From the NCBI GenBank assembly GCA_021771715.1, contig JAETOO010000013.1:20553-84552 (forward strand): a stretch of 64,000 nucleotides of DNA, read 5' to 3'. The notes beneath the pieces were generated by a model. That model was not told the DNA's origin. It searched no databases and saw only the letters and a list, made by a program, of their open reading frames with translations. The position numbers and the translations under genes are program-made. The stretch is from Oscillospiraceae bacterium. GTDB lineage: Bacteria > Bacillota > Clostridia > Lachnospirales > Lachnospiraceae. Shown here in pieces: positions 25,321 to 35,545 of the stretch (positions are counted from its first letter, which is position 1; every line of letters begins with the position of its first letter).

Positions 25321-25443
25321 GAGAGAAGATTCCAGCGGCAGACAGATTGGGCGGAGACCGGAGTGAGAATGTCGGCGGGAGCTCGGTTGGAGCGAATACC
25401 GGAGTGAGGATTCCGGCGGGAGCTTGATTGGAGCAGAGGCGGG
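25321..25443. repeat. ~41-bp tandem repeat, about 2.8 copies, immediately after the lipid kinase stop
   Basis: Units cggagtgagaatgtcggcgggagctcggttggagcgaatac and cggagtgaggattccggcgggagcttgattggagcagaggc, plus a partial leading copy. Confidence 0.8.
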
Positions 25444-25547
25444 ATCACGGAAAAGAAAGGAACAGGGCTGACAATCGGAAGCGGCCGTTTTCAGGGCGGC
25501 CGGTTTCGGTTTGGAAATACAGCAGGGACAGTGGAAAGGAGAAGTAT

Positions 25548-27017
25548 ATGTTATATGCAGGCGTAGACCTCGGTACATCGGCAGTGAAGCTGCTTCTGAT
25601 GGACGGCGAGGGCAAAATCAGAAAGATTGTATCGCGGGAGTATCCGCTCTATTTCCCGCATCCGGGCTGGTCGGAGCAGAAGCCGGAGGACTGGTTCACC
25701 CAGACAATGGAGGGGCTCAAGGAGCTGCTCGCAGACAGCGACAAGAAGGAGCTTGCGGGAATCAGCTTCGGAGGCCAGATGCACGGCCTCGTGATTCTGG
25801 ACAAGGACGACAATGTGATCCGTCCGGCGATCCTCTGGAATGACGGGCGCACCTCGAAGGAGACGGACTATCTGAATCAGGTGATCGGGAAGGAGAAGCT
25901 GTCGGAGTACACCGCGAACATCGCATTTACAGGCTTTACAGCGCCGAAGGTTCTCTGGGTGAAGAACAATGAGCCGGAGAACTTCGCGAAGATTGAGAAG
26001 ATCATGCTGCCGAAGGACTACCTTGCGTACAAGCTTTCCGGTGTGCACTGCACGGATGTGTCCGATGCGTCCGGCATGCTGATGTTTGACGTAAAGAACC
26101 GCTGCTGGTCCAAGGAGATGCTCGAGATTTGCGGTGTGAGAGAAGCGCAGATGGCGAAGATCTTTGAGAGCTACGAGGCGGTCGGCACGCTGCTGCCGGA
26201 GATCGCGAAGGAGCTCGGCGTGTCGGAGGATGTGAAGGTGGTCGCGGGCGCAGGCGACAATGCGGCGGCGGCAGTCGGCACCGGCACAGTCGGCGACGGC
26301 ATGTGCAACATCTCTCTTGGGACGAGCGGCACGATCTTTATCTCCTCCGAGAAGTTCGGCGTGGACAAATTCAATGCGCTGCACGCGTTCGCGCACGCGG
26401 ACGGACACTATCACCTGATGGGCTGCATGCTCAGCGCGGCGTCCTGCAACAAGTGGTGGATGGATGAGATCATCGGCACGAAGGACTACGCGGCGGAGCA
26501 GAAGCAGATCGAGAAGCTCGGCGAGAACCACGTCTACTATCTGCCGTACCTGATGGGCGAGCGCTCCCCGCACAACAACCCGAATGCGCGCGCGACGTTT
26601 ATCGGCATGACGATGGACACGACGAGGGCGGACATGACGCAGGCGGTGCTCGAGGGCGTTGCCTTTGCGCTCCGGGATTCGCTGGAGGTGGCAAAGGCGC
26701 TCGGCATTCAGATTGAGCGCACGAAGATCTGCGGCGGCGGTGCGAAGAGCCCGCTGTGGAAGAAGATCATCGCGAATGTGATGAACCTCAAGGTGGATGT
26801 GATCGAGAGCGAGGAGGGCCCGGCGCTCGGCGGAGCGATGCTCGCGGCGGTGGCCTGCGGAGAGTTCGCATCCGTCGAGGATGCGGCGGCGAAGCTCGTC
26901 CGGATCGTCGATACGGTTGAGCCGGAGCCGGAGCTGGTCGCGAAGTACGAGGCGCGGTATCAGCAGTTCAAGCAGATCTATCCGACCTGCAAGCCACTGT
27001 TCGATGTGTTGGTATAG
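25548..27017 (+). CDS. xylB: Xylulokinase (FGGY family)
   Basis: 'MLYAGVDLGTSAVKLLLMD', 'GWSEQKPEDWF', 'GGQMHGLVILD...RPAILWNDGRT' and 'GGGAKSPLWKKI' fit XylB. RBS ggaaaggag. Confidence 0.88.
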   Translation: MLYAGVDLGTSAVKLLLMDGEGKIRKIVSREYPLYFPHPGWSEQKPEDWFTQTMEGLKELLADSDKKELAGISFGGQMHGLVILDKDDNVIRPAILWNDGRTSKETDYLNQVIGKEKLSEYTANIAFTGFTAPKVLWVKNNEPENFAKIEKIMLPKDYLAYKLSGVHCTDVSDASGMLMFDVKNRCWSKEMLEICGVREAQMAKIFESYEAVGTLLPEIAKELGVSEDVKVVAGAGDNAAAAVGTGTVGDGMCNISLGTSGTIFISSEKFGVDKFNALHAFAHADGHYHLMGCMLSAASCNKWWMDEIIGTKDYAAEQKQIEKLGENHVYYLPYLMGERSPHNNPNARATFIGMTMDTTRADMTQAVLEGVAFALRDSLEVAKALGIQIERTKICGGGAKSPLWKKIIANVMNLKVDVIESEEGPALGGAMLAAVACGEFASVEDAAAKLVRIVDTVEPEPELVAKYEARYQQFKQIYPTCKPLFDVLV

Positions 27018-27168
27018 AGGTAGCTTTGCAGCGGCCGCAAAGCTGCCTGACGGCTGTTATTGTCTGGCTGCTGCTGTGTGTCCAGGAAAGAAGGATACGG
27101 GATACAGAAATAGACATGCAAAAATAAAGGAATAAAATAACAGGGATAAGGAAACGGGGGAATTTACA

Positions 27169-27786
27169 ATGGAGATTCAGAAGATTACGGATGCTTCCTT
27201 CCGGAAGTACGGCAAGGTTGTGACCGGCATTGATTTCGGCGAGCTGCTCGAGAAGATGGGCGAGACGCCGTGCCCGCAGGATGTGATCTACGAGCCGTCG
27301 ATTCCGGAGCTTGAGGCGCTGCCGGTGTACGGCGAGCTGCAGACGATTGCGTACGGCGAGCTTCCGATTCAGATCGGCTACTGCAACGGCGTGAATTACA
27401 AGCTGAACGCGCTCGAGTATCACCGCTCATCCGAGGTGGATATCGCGGCGACCGACGCGATTCTGCTGCTTGGCCTGCAGGCGGATGTGACGGAGGACTA
27501 TACATATGACACCGCGAAGGTGGAGGCGTTCTTCCTGCCAAAGGGAGTCGGCGTGGAGCTGTATGCGACGACGCTTCACTATGCTCCGTGCAGCGTCGGG
27601 GACAACGGCTTCCGCGTAGTGATCGTGCTCCCGCGGGACACGAACCTTCCGCTCGAGAAGAAGCACGAGGGCGGCGAGGACGGACATCTGACCGCGAAGA
27701 ACAAGTGGCTGCTGGGCCATCCGGAGGGCGGTCTGCCGGAGGGGTCTCCGATGGGACTGATCGGGGAGAACCTCTGCGTGAAGTGA
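27169..27786 (+). CDS. DUF4867-like protein (cupin/ureidoglycolate-lyase-like fold)
   Basis: The 205-aa protein 'MEIQKITDASFRKYGKVV...LNALEYHRSSEVDIA...VELYATTLHYAPC' is recognised from memory as the family that sits between FGGY kinase and FucI-family isomerase genes. Confidence 0.65.
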   Translation: MEIQKITDASFRKYGKVVTGIDFGELLEKMGETPCPQDVIYEPSIPELEALPVYGELQTIAYGELPIQIGYCNGVNYKLNALEYHRSSEVDIAATDAILLLGLQADVTEDYTYDTAKVEAFFLPKGVGVELYATTLHYAPCSVGDNGFRVVIVLPRDTNLPLEKKHEGGEDGHLTAKNKWLLGHPEGGLPEGSPMGLIGENLCVK

Positions 27787-27954
27787 GTAAATTATGACAG
27801 TGAATCAGGATGCCATGCAGGCCGCAGAGCCGCTTGCCTTGCAGCTCTTGTCTGTGGCTGATCTGTTGTAATAAATCAGGATTCTTCCTGCGGGGGTCAG
27901 TATGGCCCCCGCGGGATGATATATTAATTTACAGAAAACAGGAGGAACAAAGCA

Positions 27955-29439
27955 ATGAACAACATTCCCAAAGTAAAAATTGGTATTGTGGCGGTGAGCC
28001 GTGACTGCTTCCCGGAGTCTCTTTCCGTGAACAGAAGAAAAGCGCTCGTTGACGCGTATAAGGCAAAGTATGATGCAGAGGACATCTATGAGTGCCCGGT
28101 ATGTATCGTGGAGAGCGAGATCCATATGGTGCAGGCGCTCGAGGACGTCAAGGCTGCTGGCTGTAACGCGCTTGTTGTGTACCTTGGCAACTTCGGCCCG
28201 GAGATTTCCGAGACGCTGCTCGCAAAGCACTTTGACGGCCCGGCGATGTTCATCGCGGCTGCAGAGGAGAGCCAGAACGACCTGAGCGACGGCCGCGGCG
28301 ACGCTTACTGCGGTATGCTCAATGCCAGCTACAACCTGAAGCTGCGCAATATCAGAGCGTACATTCCGGAGTACCCGGTAGGCACGGCTGCTGAGTGTGC
28401 AGACATGATCCACGACTTCGTGCCGATCGCGCGCGCGGTTGTCGGACTGAAGAACCTGAAGATCATCAGCTTCGGCCCGCGTCCGCTGAACTTCCTGGCT
28501 TGCAACGCGCCGATCAAGCAGCTGTACAACCTTGGCGTGGAGATCGAGGAGAACTCCGAGCTCGACCTGTTCGAGGCATTCAACAAGCATGCAGGCGATC
28601 CGCGTATCCCGGATGTCGTGAAGGATATGGAGAACGAGCTTGGCGCAGGCAACAAGAAGCCGGAGGTTCTGGCGAAGCTTGCACAGTACGAGCTGACTCT
28701 GCTTGACTGGGTAGAGGCACACAAGGGCTACAGACAGTACGTCGCTCTGACGAGCAAGTGCTGGCCGGCATTCCAGACACAGTTCGGCTTCGTTCCGTGC
28801 TATGTGAACAGCCGTCTGACCGGAAGAGGCATCCCGGTATCCTGTGAGGTAGATATCTACGGCACACTCTCCGAGTTCATCGGCACCTGCGTGAGCAACG
28901 ACGTCGTGACGCTGCTCGACATCAACAACTCCGTGCCGGATGACATGTACGAGGAGGCAATCAAGGGCAAGTTCGACTACACGCACAAGGATACCTTCAT
29001 GGGCTTCCACTGCGGCAACACCTGCTCCTCGAAGCTGACCAGCTTCAACATGAAGTACCAGAAGATCATGGCGAGAAGCCTTCCGGTAGAGGTGACGAAC
29101 GGAACGCTTGAGGGCGACATCGTGCCGGGCGACATCACGTTCTATCGTCTGCAGAGCACGGCGGACAGCGTTCTGCGCGCGTACGTGGCAGAGGGCGAGG
29201 TCCTTCCGGTGGCTACGAAGTCCTTCGGCGGCATCGGCGTATTCGCGATTCCGGAGATGGGCCGCTTCTACCGCCATGTCCTGATCGAGGGCAACTACCC
29301 GCATCACGGCGCGGTGGCATTCGGACATCACGGCAAGGCTCTGTTCGAGGTATTCAAGCTCATCGGCGTATGCCCGGACGAGATCGGCTACAACCATCCG
29401 GCATCCGTACCGTACCGCACGGAGAATCCGTTCGCGTAA
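27955..29439 (+). CDS. L-fucose/L-arabinose isomerase-family sugar isomerase (candidate non-canonical xylose isomerase)
   Basis: 494 aa; 'KIGIVAVSRDCFP', 'VVYLGNFGPE' and 'GFHCGN' resemble FucI-family proteins. Shorter than canonical FucI. Sits between the xylB/DUF4867 genes and galM. Confidence 0.7.
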   Translation: MNNIPKVKIGIVAVSRDCFPESLSVNRRKALVDAYKAKYDAEDIYECPVCIVESEIHMVQALEDVKAAGCNALVVYLGNFGPEISETLLAKHFDGPAMFIAAAEESQNDLSDGRGDAYCGMLNASYNLKLRNIRAYIPEYPVGTAAECADMIHDFVPIARAVVGLKNLKIISFGPRPLNFLACNAPIKQLYNLGVEIEENSELDLFEAFNKHAGDPRIPDVVKDMENELGAGNKKPEVLAKLAQYELTLLDWVEAHKGYRQYVALTSKCWPAFQTQFGFVPCYVNSRLTGRGIPVSCEVDIYGTLSEFIGTCVSNDVVTLLDINNSVPDDMYEEAIKGKFDYTHKDTFMGFHCGNTCSSKLTSFNMKYQKIMARSLPVEVTNGTLEGDIVPGDITFYRLQSTADSVLRAYVAEGEVLPVATKSFGGIGVFAIPEMGRFYRHVLIEGNYPHHGAVAFGHHGKALFEVFKLIGVCPDEIGYNHPASVPYRTENPFA

Positions 29440-29631
29440 GAGAGCAGATCATACGGCACCGGATGTTCCGTCTTTCGGCTGCGGGAGGCGGAGTGGATCG
29501 GGCGCTGTAATATATGTTATAAGGTTTGTGAGGCTGCCGCCTGGTGCGGCAGCCTTTTCTGAAAGGCGAGTGTGCAGCGTGGCCTGACGGCACGGCTGCA
29601 CGGCAGCTTTGAAAACAGGAGGAATGGCAGA

Positions 29632-30681
29632 ATGGAGAAAACAGCTTTTGGAAAGACGGCGGACGGCAGGGAGTTTAGCCTGTACACGCTGACGAATAAA
29701 AACGGAATGTCGATCACGCTGACGGACCTGGGCGCGACGCTCGTGAAAGTGCTGGTGCCGACGAAGGGCGGCGAGAAGGTAGATGTGGTGCTCGGGTACG
29801 ACACGCCGCAGGAGTATCTGGACAATACGTGCTATTTCGGGACGGTGATCGGCCGCAGCGGCAACCGGATCGCGAACGGCCGCTTTGTGGTGGACGGCAA
29901 GGTCTGCCAGCTGGCGATCAACGACAATGACAACAACCTGCACAGCGGCCCGGACGGGTACGACGGGCGCAAGTGGAGCGTCGTGGCGGAGGATGAGGAG
30001 ACGCACAGCATCACGTTCGGCCTTGCGAGTCCGGACGGAGACCAGGGCTTCCCGGGGAACTTCGAGGTGAAGGTGACGTACACGCTGACGGAGGACAACG
30101 CCGTCGTGCTGCACTACCAGGGCGTCTCGGATGCGGACACGGTCGCGAACCTGACGAACCACACGTACTTCAACCTCTCGGGCCATGACAGCGGGACGAT
30201 TCTTGACCAGACCCTGTGGCTGGCGGCGAAGCAGTACACGCCGGTGCACGACCACCAGGCGATCCCGACCGGGGAGCTTGCTCCGGTGGCAGGCACGCCG
30301 ATGGACTTCACGGAGGCGAAGCCGATCGGCCGCGACATCGAGGCGGACTTCGAGCAGCTGAAGTATGTCGGGGGCTACGACCACAACTTCGCGCTGCGCG
30401 GCGAGCCGGGCGAGCTGATGAAGATGGCCGAGGCGCACAGCGCAAAGACCGGCATCACGATGGAGGCGTACACGACGTGCTGCGGCATGCAGTTCTACGC
30501 GGGCAACGCAGTCACACCGCAGAACGGCAAGGGCGGCGTGCGCTATGACAAGCGCCACGGCTTCTGCCTGGAGTCACAGTACTACCCGAACGCGATCAAC
30601 CAGGAGGGCTTCGCCAGCCCGCTTCTGAAGGCCGGGGAGCAGTACGACTCGACGACGTACTACCGGTTCGTAGCAGAGTAA
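29632..30681 (+). CDS. galM: Aldose 1-epimerase (mutarotase)
   Basis: 'TLTNKNGMSITLTDLGATL', 'GRSGNRIANGRF', 'NNLHSGPDG', 'TNHTYFNL' and 'FCLESQYYPNA' are GalM motifs. ATG 29632 with RBS caggagg. Confidence 0.88.
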   Translation: MEKTAFGKTADGREFSLYTLTNKNGMSITLTDLGATLVKVLVPTKGGEKVDVVLGYDTPQEYLDNTCYFGTVIGRSGNRIANGRFVVDGKVCQLAINDNDNNLHSGPDGYDGRKWSVVAEDEETHSITFGLASPDGDQGFPGNFEVKVTYTLTEDNAVVLHYQGVSDADTVANLTNHTYFNLSGHDSGTILDQTLWLAAKQYTPVHDHQAIPTGELAPVAGTPMDFTEAKPIGRDIEADFEQLKYVGGYDHNFALRGEPGELMKMAEAHSAKTGITMEAYTTCCGMQFYAGNAVTPQNGKGGVRYDKRHGFCLESQYYPNAINQEGFASPLLKAGEQYDSTTYYRFVAE

Positions 30682-31120
30682 TACCCCGCCGCACCGCAGC
30701 CGGAACGATTCGCATACTGTTGAAAGAGTGGCGGAGGCAGGCAACAGAAGCGGAAGAGTAACGGAAACGAAAAGCAGCAGAGGCGGAAACAGAACAGGAT
30801 CGGAAGAAAAGGATCTGAGCAAAAAAGGATGCGGCGAACTGCAGCAAAGCGACAGGCGTGGTATTTGTCCGGCTGGTCACATACCATCACTTGTAGCTTT
30901 CGGCAGTTTTGCGGCATCTTTTTCTCTCGCAGGAGAGGTGGTCAACGCCTTTTCGCGTGACGGATTTGACCGGAAAGGTTCCCACACATCCGTCGCCTGC
31001 ACATTACCACAAACCGGTCAAACTGACAAGGTGAGGAACGAGGATTGTCAGGATTGACAGCCGGATGCTTTTATGATAACATGAAGTAAACTTCACATTC
31101 GGAGAAAGGTGAGGGGTGGA

Positions 31121-31354
31121 ATGAAAACAAGAGTGAGGGAACTTCGCATGCAGGCGAAGCTGACGCAGCAGCAGCTGGCGGATGCGGTTCATGTCTCTTC
31201 CCGGACGATTATTTCCATCGAAAAAGGGCAGTACAGCCCGTCGCTGATGCTGGCGTACCGGCTGTCTCTGGTCTTTGGGGTTACCGTCGAGGAGTTATGC
31301 TGTCTGCGGGAAAATAAAGAAACGGAGGACAGACAATATGGTGAAATTTCGTAG
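31121..31354 (+). CDS. Small XRE-family HTH regulator (YozG-like)
   Basis: 'VRELRMQAKLTQQQLADAVHVSSRTIISIEKGQYSPSLMLAYRLSLVFGVTVEELC'. Confidence 0.82.
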   Translation: MKTRVRELRMQAKLTQQQLADAVHVSSRTIISIEKGQYSPSLMLAYRLSLVFGVTVEELCCLRENKETEDRQYGEIS

Positions 31355-31796
31355 GCCAAGTTACGTGCAGAAAATCCGGTGGCGTCTTCGCGCCTCATGG
31401 CTCGTCCTCGTATGTATGCTGATTTACATGGTTGCGATCGCAGAGCTGGGCGGCGGGGACTCCAGGATCATGACCGATCTGGCGGATTTCATCAGCCGGT
31501 TTGTATTTTTCGGCGGGATGATCTATGTGATTACGAGAATCGTCCACAACAGAAAGCTGCTCCGGGACAGGCTGCGCATGAAGGAGCAGATGAGAAGGGA
31601 GCAGGACGAGAGGAACCAGTATCTGCACGACAAGAGCGGGGGAGCGGTGCTGGATATTCTGCTGATGCTTCTGCTGTTTGCCACGGTGACGGCGGCATTG
31701 TTTAATATGCCTGCGTTCTACACGGCGTTCTCGCTTCTGGTCGCGGCCATCGTGCTGAAGACGGGCGCTTACCTGCTCTACAGCCGTGGGCAGTAG
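31338..31796 (+). CDS. Membrane protein partner of the small HTH regulator
   Basis: ATG 31338 (RBS acggagg) overlaps the upstream gene's end. About four predicted hydrophobic helices. Confidence 0.6.
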   Translation: MVKFRRPSYVQKIRWRLRASWLVLVCMLIYMVAIAELGGGDSRIMTDLADFISRFVFFGGMIYVITRIVHNRKLLRDRLRMKEQMRREQDERNQYLHDKSGGAVLDILLMLLLFATVTAALFNMPAFYTAFSLLVAAIVLKTGAYLLYSRGQ

Positions 31797-31934
31797 AGGA
31801 GCGGGACAGGTTCGGACCGCGTGGCCGGAGGGCGGAGGCTTGCGCGGCAGCCGCATCGGGCGGTTGCGGGCAGCACGGATTTTTGCGGTGCCGCAGGGGC
31901 GTGCAGGGAAACAGGCGGAAAAGGAGAGAGAAGG

Positions 31935-32579
31935 ATGAGTGCTTTGTATGAGGTGATAGCGAGGGAGAAGATCGTCGCGATCCTGCGCGGCGTGTCAAAG
32001 GAGCGGCTGGAGGGTGTGATTCTGGCGCTGCATCGCGGGGGGATCCGGCTGCTGGAGATCACGTTTGACCAGAGATCCGACCAGCGCCACGGGGAGACGG
32101 GCGAGGCGATCCGGCTGGCGAAGCGGCTGTGTCCGGATCTGCATGTGGGCGCCGGCACGGTGATGAGCACGGCGGACGTAAATGCGGCCTTCGCGGCGGG
32201 GGCGGAATTTGTGCTGGCCCCGAATGTGAACCGGGAGGTGATCGGGAAGGCGGTGAGTCTTGGGATGATGGCGATTCCGGGGGCGATGACGCCGACGGAG
32301 ATCGTGGATGCGTACGCCTGCGGCGCAGAGATTGTGAAGCTGTTTCCGGCCGGAGATCTGGGGCTCTCCTACGTGAAGTCCGTGATGGCGCCGGTCAGCC
32401 ACGTGCCGCTGATGGCGGTCGGCGGTGTGGATCTCGGCAATGTAACAGGCTTCCTTTCGGCCGGGATGATGAGCGCCGGGATCGGTTCGGCGCTCACCAA
32501 TAAGAAACTGATCGCGGACGGGAACTGGGATGCGCTCACAGCGCTGGCAAGGCAGTATGTGGAGGCAGCGCGGGGGTGA
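31935..32579 (+). CDS. eda: KDPG/KHG aldolase
   Basis: 'KIVAILRGV', 'GIRLLEITF', 'VGAGTV', 'EFVLAPN', 'PGAMTPTEI', 'VKLFPA' and 'MAVGGV' are Eda motifs. RBS aaggagagagaagg. Confidence 0.85.
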   Translation: MSALYEVIAREKIVAILRGVSKERLEGVILALHRGGIRLLEITFDQRSDQRHGETGEAIRLAKRLCPDLHVGAGTVMSTADVNAAFAAGAEFVLAPNVNREVIGKAVSLGMMAIPGAMTPTEIVDAYACGAEIVKLFPAGDLGLSYVKSVMAPVSHVPLMAVGGVDLGNVTGFLSAGMMSAGIGSALTNKKLIADGNWDALTALARQYVEAARG

Positions 32580-32584
32580 CGGAT

Positions 32585-34477
32585 ATGGGACAGGAGGAAG
32601 GCAGAGAGCAGGGATGGCGGCGGCCGGGCGGCGTGCTGTCGGCGCTGGCAGTGTATGCGCGCTCTCACATGTGGTGTACCTTTGCCGGGGTGATCGTGGC
32701 GGCGGTGCTGATGATGCTGCTGATTGTCATGTTTTATATGAGAGCGCAGTATTACGGCTTCCTGCTCGAGACGACGTACACGACAGAGCAGGCACTGCTG
32801 GATTCCGTGAATGAGAGTCTCACGACGGCGATGGAAGATTATATCCGGATCGGCTCGAATATCTGTGTCGACGTGGACGCCCTGACCGACACGAATCTGC
32901 GCGGGACGATTGACGAGTTCGCAGCCGGAGACCGGGGTGCAGGCGCAAAGCAGCGCATGAAAAATGCACTGCGGATCACGGGAAATTTCTCGAACATGAT
33001 TGTGGGAGTCGCGGTCGCGGACCAGGACGGGATTCTGTACCAGTATGACAAGTATGAGGTGTCGAATAATACGAGGATTGATCTGTGGGATGATCAGAGT
33101 GAGGCGGCGGCGATCTTCGGCCGGATGCGGGAGCTCAATTCCGGGAAACAGATCCCGCGGTATCTGATCCTGTCCAGCCCTCATGAGCATCCGAATGTGT
33201 CGGGAAAGGGAATTCTGAGCATCGCGTTTCCGTTCCGCAACGGCTTCTCCTACCAGAACATCCCGTACATTCTGCTGCTGACGTTTCAGACGTCGTCGCT
33301 CGAGGAGATTCTGGGGCAGCTGACCGCAGGCCATCTGGACTACGTGCAGGGCTATATTGAGGATGAGGAGGGCAGGATTCTGCTGCACACCGAGGGGCGG
33401 GCGCTGATCGGGGAGGATGCGCAGCGCTACCAGGAAAAGCGTCACCTGACCGACATCGCCGTGCCGCTTGGCGGATATGGCTGGACGCTGCACGCCGTCA
33501 TCGACGAGGAGCGGATCCTGGCGAAGGTAGATGCGAGCTATCAGCCGATTCTGCTGCTGTATTTTGTGGCGCTGCTCGTGGTGCTCGGGCTGCTGCTGTG
33601 GGCGTGCAGCCGGACTCTGCAGCCGGTTTACCTGATCAGCGAGTCGATCGCGAAGGTGCGCCGCGGCAGCACCAGCGAGCGGATCCCGATCCTCGGCACG
33701 CATGAGATCTGGCAGCTTGCCGACTCCTACAACCGCATGCTCGATGCGATCAGCCTGGCGAACCAGGAGGTCGAGCGTGAGCATGCTCAGATGATTGAGA
33801 ACATGCTGATGAAGCAGCACGCGGAGCGCGAGGCGCTGGAATCGCAGATCAACGCACATTTTATCTGCAACACGATCAATGCGATCAACTACGAGGCGAT
33901 CGACAGTGGGAACTACAAGGTGTCCGTGCTGCTCAAAAAGCTTTCCAACATCCTGCGCTACACGTTTGACCAGAAGCACCAGAACGTCTATATGCGCCAG
34001 GAGATTGTCTGGATTGAGCAGTATCTGTACCTGCAGCGGGAGCGGCTGGAGACCGTGTTTGACTATGAGATCGAGTTTGACCCGGACTATGATAACTGGC
34101 CGTGCCGCAAGCTGATGCTGCAGCCGTTTGTCGAAAACTCGATCAGTCACGGCTTTGAGGGGATGCGAGAGGGCGGCCGGATCCGGATCTGCGGGGAGGG
34201 CTATCGCGAGTTTCTGAAAATCACGATTGAGGACAACGGCTGCGGGATGGACGAGGGGCGCCGCACCGTGATTCGGCAGATTCTGGAGAATCCGCGGGTG
34301 GCGCGGGAGAAGGAGGTCGGCATCGGGATCTCCAATGTCATCGCACGGATGAAGATGTACTACGGAGAAGCGTTTCAGGTGGCGTTCGAGACGGAGGAGG
34401 GGAAAGGGACCAGCTTTACCTTTATCCTCCCGACGCCGCCGCCGGAAGGTGAGAGGAAGGGAGAGGAAGCAGAATGA
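32585..34477 (+). CDS. Sensor histidine kinase, YesM/LytS type (HAMP + His_kinase + HATPase)
   Basis: N-terminal TM, extracellular region, second TM and a HAMP-like segment. 'LESQINAHFICNTINAINY' (His_kinase), 'LMLQPFVENSISHG' and 'DNGCGMD' (N and G boxes). Confidence 0.85.
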   Translation: MGQEEGREQGWRRPGGVLSALAVYARSHMWCTFAGVIVAAVLMMLLIVMFYMRAQYYGFLLETTYTTEQALLDSVNESLTTAMEDYIRIGSNICVDVDALTDTNLRGTIDEFAAGDRGAGAKQRMKNALRITGNFSNMIVGVAVADQDGILYQYDKYEVSNNTRIDLWDDQSEAAAIFGRMRELNSGKQIPRYLILSSPHEHPNVSGKGILSIAFPFRNGFSYQNIPYILLLTFQTSSLEEILGQLTAGHLDYVQGYIEDEEGRILLHTEGRALIGEDAQRYQEKRHLTDIAVPLGGYGWTLHAVIDEERILAKVDASYQPILLLYFVALLVVLGLLLWACSRTLQPVYLISESIAKVRRGSTSERIPILGTHEIWQLADSYNRMLDAISLANQEVEREHAQMIENMLMKQHAEREALESQINAHFICNTINAINYEAIDSGNYKVSVLLKKLSNILRYTFDQKHQNVYMRQEIVWIEQYLYLQRERLETVFDYEIEFDPDYDNWPCRKLMLQPFVENSISHGFEGMREGGRIRICGEGYREFLKITIEDNGCGMDEGRRTVIRQILENPRVAREKEVGIGISNVIARMKMYYGEAFQVAFETEEGKGTSFTFILPTPPPEGERKGEEAE

Positions 34478-35214
34478 GGATATTGATAGCAGAGGATGAG
34501 CCGCGCGCCATGAGAGGGCTGAGGAGCCTGATTCTCTCGCTCTCGCCGGAGTACCAGATCGTGGCGGAGGCGGCGGACGGCAGCCAGGCGCTGGAGCTGA
34601 TGCAGACTACCCACCCGGACGTCGTGTTCACGGATCTGAAGATGCCGCGCATGGACGGGATGGCGCTGATCCGGGCGGCGAAGGCGATGTCCCTGTCCGC
34701 GGAGTATGTGCTGGTCACGGCGTACGAGGAGTTTGAGGTGGCGCGCCAGGCGATCGGCCTTGGCGTGTTCGACTACCTGGTAAAACCGATCACCGTCGAG
34801 GATGTACAGCGGGTGCTCGACCGGCTGGAAGCAAAGCGCAGCGGCGCGGGGGATGCGCAGGAGGCGAGAGGCTCGCTCAAGGAGCAGTACCCGGAGGCGC
34901 ACCCGCTTGTGCGCAAGACGCTGCACATCATTGAGGAGGGCTACGCCTCCCGGCTGAACCAGAAGGAGCTCGCGACGACGCTCGGCATCTCGCAGGAGTA
35001 TCTGTGCTACCTGTTCAACAAGGACGTGGGAGAGCCGTTCTCCAAGTTCCTCAGGAAGTACCGGATCGAGATCGCGAAGCAACTGCTGGCGGACGGGACC
35101 GTCCAGCGCGATGAGGTGCCGTACAGGGTCGGCTTCTCCGATCCGAAATATTTTGGAAAGGTCTTCCGCGAGGTTACGGGCATGAGCGTGACGGAGTATC
35201 TGAAGCTGCTGTAG
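34474..35214 (+). CDS. Response regulator with AraC-type HTH output (YesN-like)
   Basis: 'MRILIAEDEP...VVFTDLKMPRMDG' receiver domain and C-terminal 'LATTLGISQEYLCYLFNK...VGFSDPKYFGKVFRE' AraC HTH. Start overlaps the HK stop. Confidence 0.9.
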   Translation: MRILIAEDEPRAMRGLRSLILSLSPEYQIVAEAADGSQALELMQTTHPDVVFTDLKMPRMDGMALIRAAKAMSLSAEYVLVTAYEEFEVARQAIGLGVFDYLVKPITVEDVQRVLDRLEAKRSGAGDAQEARGSLKEQYPEAHPLVRKTLHIIEEGYASRLNQKELATTLGISQEYLCYLFNKDVGEPFSKFLRKYRIEIAKQLLADGTVQRDEVPYRVGFSDPKYFGKVFREVTGMSVTEYLKLL

Positions 35215-35545
35215 CGGGAGCCGGGCGCGCGCCGATGCCGGACCGAAGGCCGGGTGTCGGCCGCGCCGCGGGGAAGAAAGATTGAGCCCCGGCTGTGCCT
35301 GCTTCCGCCGCGTATCGGCCGGAAACCCGACACCATGACGGACAGATCAGGAAGAACCCGGGATCCGCACCGTTAATATGCACATAAAACACACAAATCA
35401 CATAGAAAATCCGAGCATTATATTAAAAATATACTCCATATCTTAAAAATTTCCTCTAAAATTTTCCACTGATCTTAAAATTTGCGGTTTCTTTTTCCGG
35501 GCAAAAAAGCGATAATAAGTGCATCAAAGAAAGGAGGCATTTTTT

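Noticed and set aside
27805-30558. 530-aa and 369-aa - strand ORFs opposite the isomerase and galM genes
   Set aside because: They are shadow ORFs with no motifs, and the sense-strand genes have strong family signatures and RBSs.
30700-30830. Purine-rich tract with loosely periodic CGGAA motifs after galM
   Set aside because: It is too degenerate to define a unit or copy number by eye. I mention it only as possible decayed repeat material under the global minisatellite finding.
32369-34150. 593-aa - strand ORF opposite the histidine kinase
   Set aside because: It is a shadow ORF with a low-complexity R/L/Q/H-rich translation.
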